DNA of 32,000 bases. Origin: Trichodesmium erythraeum IMS101 (GTDB taxonomy: Bacteria; Cyanobacteriota; Cyanobacteriia; Cyanobacteriales; Microcoleaceae). The stretch lies in contig NC_008312.1 in NCBI RefSeq assembly GCF_000014265.1, positions 540,001-572,000 of the forward strand. The letters run 5' to 3'. Position numbers and translations under genes: made by a program. Positions within the stretch are counted from its first letter, which is position 1, and every line of letters starts with the position of its first letter. The notes below the pieces were generated by a model. That model was not told the DNA's origin. It did not search any database and saw nothing but the letters and a program-made list of their open reading frames with translations. Below, piece by piece: positions 27,678 through 32,000 of this stretch.

Positions 27678-28086
27678 ATTAAAGAAGATAGTAGTCCTAA
27701 AATAAAATAGTAAACAGAAAGGAGATTATAACTATTAACTAACTCCGGTACTTTCTATTTATTGTTCTCTGTGTTCTAGTTCTGATTATTACTTATTTTT
27801 TCTTATGATAGTAAAGATTATTAAAAGTATCGGTGAAAGTTTGTAGTTATTCAGGACAATAATATTCTTGACAAGATTACTGCTTTTTTCCATATTTATG
27901 AGTTCTCTGATGGCTACATAGAGAAAGTTTCATCATCAAAAGGATTAAAGGAAAATAATTATATGACCATTCTCATAGTTTCTTGATGCACTACCGAAGG
28001 TTATTGTTGCCTATATTAATTACTTAATAACTGAAATGTGATCTAAGTATAATATTAATGCAGAAAAACTGGTATAATGGTCTAAT

Positions 28087-28123
28087 AGAGACTAGAAGTA
28101 GATATACAAAACCTCTAGTCTCT
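28087..28123. terminator. Perfect 10-bp inverted repeat between convergent ptxD and the CADD-like gene
   Basis: AGAGACTAGA (28087-28096) and TCTAGTCTCT (28114-28123) are separated by a 17-nt loop and followed by GTTT on the + strand. The repeat lies 38 nt beyond the stop of the minus-strand gene at 28161. Confidence 0.3.
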
Positions 28124-28160
28124 GTTTAGTAAGCTAATTATTCAACATGTTAATTAACCA

Positions 28161-28865
28161 TTAATTCACAGCTTGACAATATTCTTCATAAACACCATCA
28201 AGCAATAAATTCAAAGCATCCACCGCTGTTGCTGCTGCTGCCAACGCTTCCTCTTTCTGAGCATCAGTTTCACATAGTTTTACTAATGCTTCTTTTGTGA
28301 CTTTGCTGTGAATTTCATCAGCTTTTTCATGTACTTTAAAAAATGATAGAGCTGCTTCAGAATTAATCCCATAAAATTCTTTTAAACCAGCAATTTTAGT
28401 ACTAGCAACCTCAGGAATTTGTGATTCATAAGCATAAAGAGCAGCTAAACCTTTAGCCGGGTTTTCACTCCCAGCTAATTCCTTGAGAATACTTACAGAT
28501 TTCTTGGTTTTTGCTAAATGTTCCCGCTCTTTAACTGCTTCTCTTTTTACATCCAAACCTTCAGCAAAACGTAACCATAACTCAGGGTGATTTGCTGCTC
28601 CCATTTCTTCTTCAATCAGATTTTCTAAGAGCATTTTACGAATTTCTAAATCATCACAAGCTGCATGAGTAGCGCTAATATAAGTAGGGAAATAATGAAC
28701 TTGTAGATAATATTCCTGAGCGTACTCCTGCAACATTTTTAAAGATAATTTTCCTTGATTCCACATTTGGTAGAATGTGTGCTTAAGTAAATGTTGTTTT
28801 TCAATAATCTCATCCAGTAAGGACATGAAATCTTGTGCAGTCATTTGTTTGTCTTGAAGCAACAT
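28161..28865 (-). CDS. CADD / PqqC-like haem-oxygenase-fold di-metal protein; candidate alternative p-aminobenzoate synthase
   Basis: 234-aa ORF. It closely parallels Chlamydia trachomatis CT610 (CADD) as I recall it: LLKHTFYQMWNQGKLS, LQEYAQEYYLQVHYFPTYIS, DDLEIRKMLLENLIEEEMG..NHPELW, LAALYAYESQIPEVA and FKVHEKADEIH. Confidence 0.8.
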   Translation of the reverse strand: MLLQDKQMTAQDFMSLLDEIIEKQHLLKHTFYQMWNQGKLSLKMLQEYAQEYYLQVHYFPTYISATHAACDDLEIRKMLLENLIEEEMGAANHPELWLRFAEGLDVKREAVKEREHLAKTKKSVSILKELAGSENPAKGLAALYAYESQIPEVASTKIAGLKEFYGINSEAALSFFKVHEKADEIHSKVTKEALVKLCETDAQKEEALAAAATAVDALNLLLDGVYEEYCQAVN

Positions 28866-29270
28866 ACTTATTCGCTTAACTAAATATTAAATATCAATGC
28901 TAAAATAACACAACTTTCTGGTTTGTCAAGAATATAAAATATTTTTTTTATAAACTCAATTTAGACTCTGAATATTTTATCTATAGTTTTAAGGACAATA
29001 TCTATAGAAGGTAGAAATAGAAATAAATAATTGTTTTTATAGGAAGTACTGATAACTGATAACTGAAATAACTAAAAAAAGTAGGTCTTAACCCTTCCTG
29101 TTCAAGGTTTGGGAAAAAATAAACTTCAGTATCCTAATCCCGATACTAAGTGTTGTCAAGTACTAATAACCAATAACTTAAATGACCAGCTACTTATTTT
29201 TATTAGCTGACCAGACAGGATAAACCGATCTAATTTGCTGATTCCTATATATAGTTTTTTTAAAATTAAA

Positions 29271-29378
29271 TATATATAGGACTTACGTAAAGACACTAAT
29301 TGTAGTTTAAATATCGGAAATAATTATCAAAAATACACCACATATAGAAACAATACGTAAGTCCTGATATATATATAG
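29271..29378. repeat. Long-stem inverted repeat built on the AGGACTTACGTA motif (MITE-like or structured element)
   Basis: The left arm is TATATATAGGACTTACGTA (29271-29289). The right arm is TACGTAAGTCCTGATATATATATA (29354-29378). They are complementary over about 19 nt with a 2-nt bulge, and 64 nt separate them. Confidence 0.6.
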
Positions 29379-29546
29379 AAAATACAACAGATTTCGGGCA
29401 AATGATGTATAGCTGTGTTTGCTAAAAATTATTTACTGTGAGCATCTTGCTCCCGTGAATATACCATTAAACAACGCAAAGCCCTGTATATTATCAACAA
29501 GCGCCATAAAGCTTTATTTATTGATAATAACTCCAGGTTTATTGAC

Positions 29547-29662
29547 AAAATGCGTTTACCCTGGTGCTAGCAAGAGAGAGATTTTTTTTGCGATTTTTTT
29601 GTACAAGATGCGTTTGCCCTGACACTGGCAAGATGGGAATTTTCTTGGCGAATTTTTTGTAA
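29547..29662. repeat. Two tandem copies of a 58-bp unit (44/58 identical, no indels)
   Basis: Copy 1 (29547-29604) is AAAATGCGTTTACCCTGGTGCTAGCAAGAGAGAGATTTTTTTTGCGATTTTTTTGTAC. Copy 2 (29605-29662) is AAGATGCGTTTGCCCTGACACTGGCAAGATGGGAATTTTCTTGGCGAATTTTTTGTAA. The repeat overlaps the 3' end and stop of the ORF at 29567..30250. Confidence 0.8.
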
Positions 29663-30250
29663 TTTAGCTCCAGATAATTTAACGTTTGCATATTGATTTA
29701 GCCAGGAATAAAGTTTAGCTGCTATCAAACCTAAACCCATGGGTTTAGAAGTAAAACCTGAACGCAAATTTTTACGAAGTTGAGTTAATGTCAAACCTTG
29801 CTGTAGTAAAAAGGGAACAATATCAATTAATTCTTGAGAAATATTTTGTGGTTGAAAACTAGATTCTGGGTCTGCTTTCAAAGTAAATCTGCGACGACGC
29901 TGATAGTGATGCTGCCAAAACCAACTATAATGATCGTTATATGCTTCATGAGTATCAATAATAGGGTCTGAAGTTTTTATAGTATTAGGATTTTCCCACT
30001 CTAGCTTTTCTGCAACTATAAATACTAAATCACAATAAAGATTACTAAAGTTGGGAAAGGTGTCACCAGAAACCCAAAAGTTTATATTGCCAACTTGTGG
30101 TGACATTTGAGTAATGTGGCAATAAGTATGAAGAAACTTTTGATTCCAAACATAGGGATCTTGATTACCATTTGTGTTGTCGTGGTAAACTTTCGTAGTT
30201 TCAAAATTTGAAACTACACGAGGAGGGTGATAAATAAGATAACCGCTCAA
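29567..30250 (-). CDS. Hypothetical protein, no recognisable family; TTG start preceded by a strong Shine-Dalgarno
   Basis: 227-aa ORF with ordinary globular composition (W/H/Y-rich middle, HHYQRRRRF). AGGAGG lies 9 nt upstream of the TTG. The last ~30 codons lie in the 58-bp tandem repeat, so the true C-terminus is uncertain. Confidence 0.55.
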   Translation of the reverse strand: MSGYLIYHPPRVVSNFETTKVYHDNTNGNQDPYVWNQKFLHTYCHITQMSPQVGNINFWVSGDTFPNFSNLYCDLVFIVAEKLEWENPNTIKTSDPIIDTHEAYNDHYSWFWQHHYQRRRRFTLKADPESSFQPQNISQELIDIVPFLLQQGLTLTQLRKNLRSGFTSKPMGLGLIAAKLYSWLNQYANVKLSGAKLQKIRQENSHLASVRANASCTKKSQKKSLSC

Positions 30251-30259
30251 AATTATATG

Positions 30260-30265
30260 CCTCCT
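30260..30265 (-). promoter_or_regulatory. Shine-Dalgarno sequence AGGAGG for the 227-aa ORF
   Basis: The minus strand reads TTAGGAGGCATATAATTTTG, with the TTG at 30248-30250 and a 9-nt spacer. Confidence 0.5.
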
Positions 30266-30634
30266 AAAAATTTAATTTATACCATTTCTTGACTCGAATT
30301 TGGTTGATTTGTTTCTATCCCAGATTCCGTACCTCAAAATGTAGTATTTAAGATCACCTATTTTAAGCCTTGTCTGATCATAATTCTGAAATTTATAATT
30401 AAAAATAAATATTAGATAGACTATTACTATTAATTATTAATATTAATTATTAATAATAGAATCTGAAATCTACAAAGGCACTTGCCTTTATATGTCAATG
30501 CTGTGAAATTTAATCAGTAAGCCCTAAATAATTTTAGCGATCGCAACAATCATTTCTCAGTTTCTCAGGACTAATGCAAAACCTCTATAGTAGTGGCTTT
30601 ATGGCATTTACTCCCTACAGATAGGGTATTATCT

Positions 30635-30654
30635 AGGAGACTTGCGTAAGTCCT
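30635..30654. repeat. Self-complementary copy of the AGGACTTACG motif
   Basis: AGGAGACTTGCGTAAGTCCT (an imperfect hairpin) lies 4 nt beyond the stop codon (30659-30661) of the minus-strand transporter gene. It contains CGTAAGTCCTG, which is identical to 29356-29366. Confidence 0.55.
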
Positions 30655-30658
30655 GTTT

Positions 30659-31606
30659 CTAAAATAAACGTTTATGCTCCTGACTCAAAAATAAAATACC
30701 CATAGTAACAATAGCAATACCCATAATTTGCAAACCATTAATAGTTTCTTGAATAGTTAACCATGCTAAAATTGCTGTCAGACTAGGATTAGTTGCTCCA
30801 ATAGTTGCTGCAGTACTAGCACCTATCAACTTAATTCCATAATTAAACATTAAATGACCGCTCAAAGTAACGATCGCTGATAAGAAACCACCAACCCACA
30901 TAGGAGTCCAGTTAAGGTCTGCATTATCTCCTTGCCAGATTAACAAACTTATGGAAGATAACCCTAAAGTAGTAGCAAAACTAATCCAAGTAAAGGGAAC
31001 TAGGTGTATAGTTTCAAAACTTTTTTGTGCATTTACAGTATAGAGAGCATAAGCAACTGCAGAAGCCAAGGCAAAAATTACTCCAATTCCGTTGTAGTAA
31101 TCATCAGATGTTGTCTGAGTGTAAGGAATAGTCAGAAAAGTACCAACTAATACAATTACCATGATCATCCAGCGAAACTTTGTAGGAGGAATACCCAAAA
31201 ATATCCAAGAAAATAGTGAAGTGAATATTGGGTAAGCAAAAAACAGAGTTAAAGCAATTCCAGTTTCAATTAAACCGATAGATACATAAAGTAGTGCTAA
31301 ATAGAGAAACATCAAGACTCCACCAAGAAGCGATCGCCCCAACATAGGATATGCTTCATGATTTCCTAATTTTCTAATATCTTGCCAGGTAAGCGGGTAA
31401 AGTTTTGTCGCGAAGGATGCCATCAACGGAACTACTAACACCATCCGCATAAACATTAGTAGAAAAGAATTTTGTAGGTTAGGTATAACAAATCCACCGG
31501 TTTCAAATATCCCTAAAATTGTCTGTTCATTAAAGAGAATTCTGACAATGACATTTTGGAAACAGAAACAGAAGGATGCCAGTAAAACAATGATCAAACC
31601 AAACAT
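30659..31606 (-). CDS. DMT-superfamily (EamA-like) transporter
   Basis: 315-aa ORF with about 10 TM helices arranged as two EamA-like halves. Its composition is typical of drug/metabolite exporters. The substrate is unknown. Confidence 0.85.
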   Translation of the reverse strand: MFGLIIVLLASFCFCFQNVIVRILFNEQTILGIFETGGFVIPNLQNSFLLMFMRMVLVVPLMASFATKLYPLTWQDIRKLGNHEAYPMLGRSLLGGVLMFLYLALLYVSIGLIETGIALTLFFAYPIFTSLFSWIFLGIPPTKFRWMIMVIVLVGTFLTIPYTQTTSDDYYNGIGVIFALASAVAYALYTVNAQKSFETIHLVPFTWISFATTLGLSSISLLIWQGDNADLNWTPMWVGGFLSAIVTLSGHLMFNYGIKLIGASTAATIGATNPSLTAILAWLTIQETINGLQIMGIAIVTMGILFLSQEHKRLF

Positions 31607-32000
31607 AGACTAGGTTCAAATAAATGGTAGTTTTTGGGCTTAAAAAAATTAATAGTTTATACAATAGACATCTCGAAAAACGCCGATTTAGGAAAGGCGG
31701 GGCAAGGGTTTAATAACCTTTTCTAGAGAAGTCTAATAACTATTATAAAATTTTCTTCAGCCTACCAAAATTAAGTCTTTTAGTACAAAAAAATGCTGTG
31801 GGAAAATTGTTAATAACTTACCTCTATTATTTCGGTAAAAACTTGCCGCAGATTCGGTTATTAATATGTATTATTACTCTTTCATTCTTCTACGACTGAT
31901 AGCTATTTAGAAGTAAACTTCTTTCACTTTCACTCCAGAGAAATGTAGATTTCAGAAATAACTGTAGTTAAAATAAATCTTGTAATTATATCTGTAAAAA

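Noticed and set aside
29419-29622. 67-aa + strand ORF
   Set aside because: It runs through the 58-bp tandem repeat and overlaps the end of the minus-strand ORF. It starts at a non-ATG codon and nothing suggests it is coding.
30421-30460. CTATTACT-(ATTAATTATTAAT)x2-AATAG repeat/palindrome
   Set aside because: It is pure A/T low-complexity sequence, and there is no evidence for function beyond composition.

Overview
This is an AT-rich window of about one-third G+C by eye. It has at least 12 perfect copies of the HIP1 octamer GCGATCGC, so it is cyanobacterial chromosomal DNA. The low G+C, long noncoding spacers, several decayed genes and a ptxABCD cluster suggest a Trichodesmium-like filamentous marine cyanobacterium; that assignment is inference, not verified. 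I can support about 21 protein-coding genes covering roughly two-thirds of the window, and I found no rRNA, tRNA, CRISPR array or intact transposase. From left to right the genes are: a stand-alone ndhD; a decayed Nudix gene; an alpha/beta-fold protein lacking the catalytic His, convergent with bioF; a DUF4351/Rpn-like remnant; a 5'-disrupted SAM methyltransferase followed by a small ORF with an in-frame stop; a DUF3598-like protein; a CPFC-type GST-like protein; and a copper locus (PepSY-TM-like protein, His-rich tail-anchored protein, Tat-exported multicopper oxidase, DUF411/CopG-like protein). These are followed by an orphan 185-aa protein; coaE; a 1772-aa exoprotein with an N-terminal two-partner-secretion (TPS) domain and a C-terminal CHAT caspase-fold protease; a SAM methyltransferase; the phosphite uptake/oxidation cluster ptxA-ptxB-ptxC-ptxD; a CADD/PqqC-like protein (candidate alternative pABA synthase); an orphan 227-aa ORF bracketed by hairpin repeats; and an EamA/DMT transporter. 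The most interesting items are the orphan TPS-CHAT giant protein, the ptx cluster with its unusual 448-bp internal spacer, the CADD-like gene, the repeat-bracketed orphan ORF and the density of gene decay. All functional calls come from motif recognition by eye and need HMM/BLAST confirmation.
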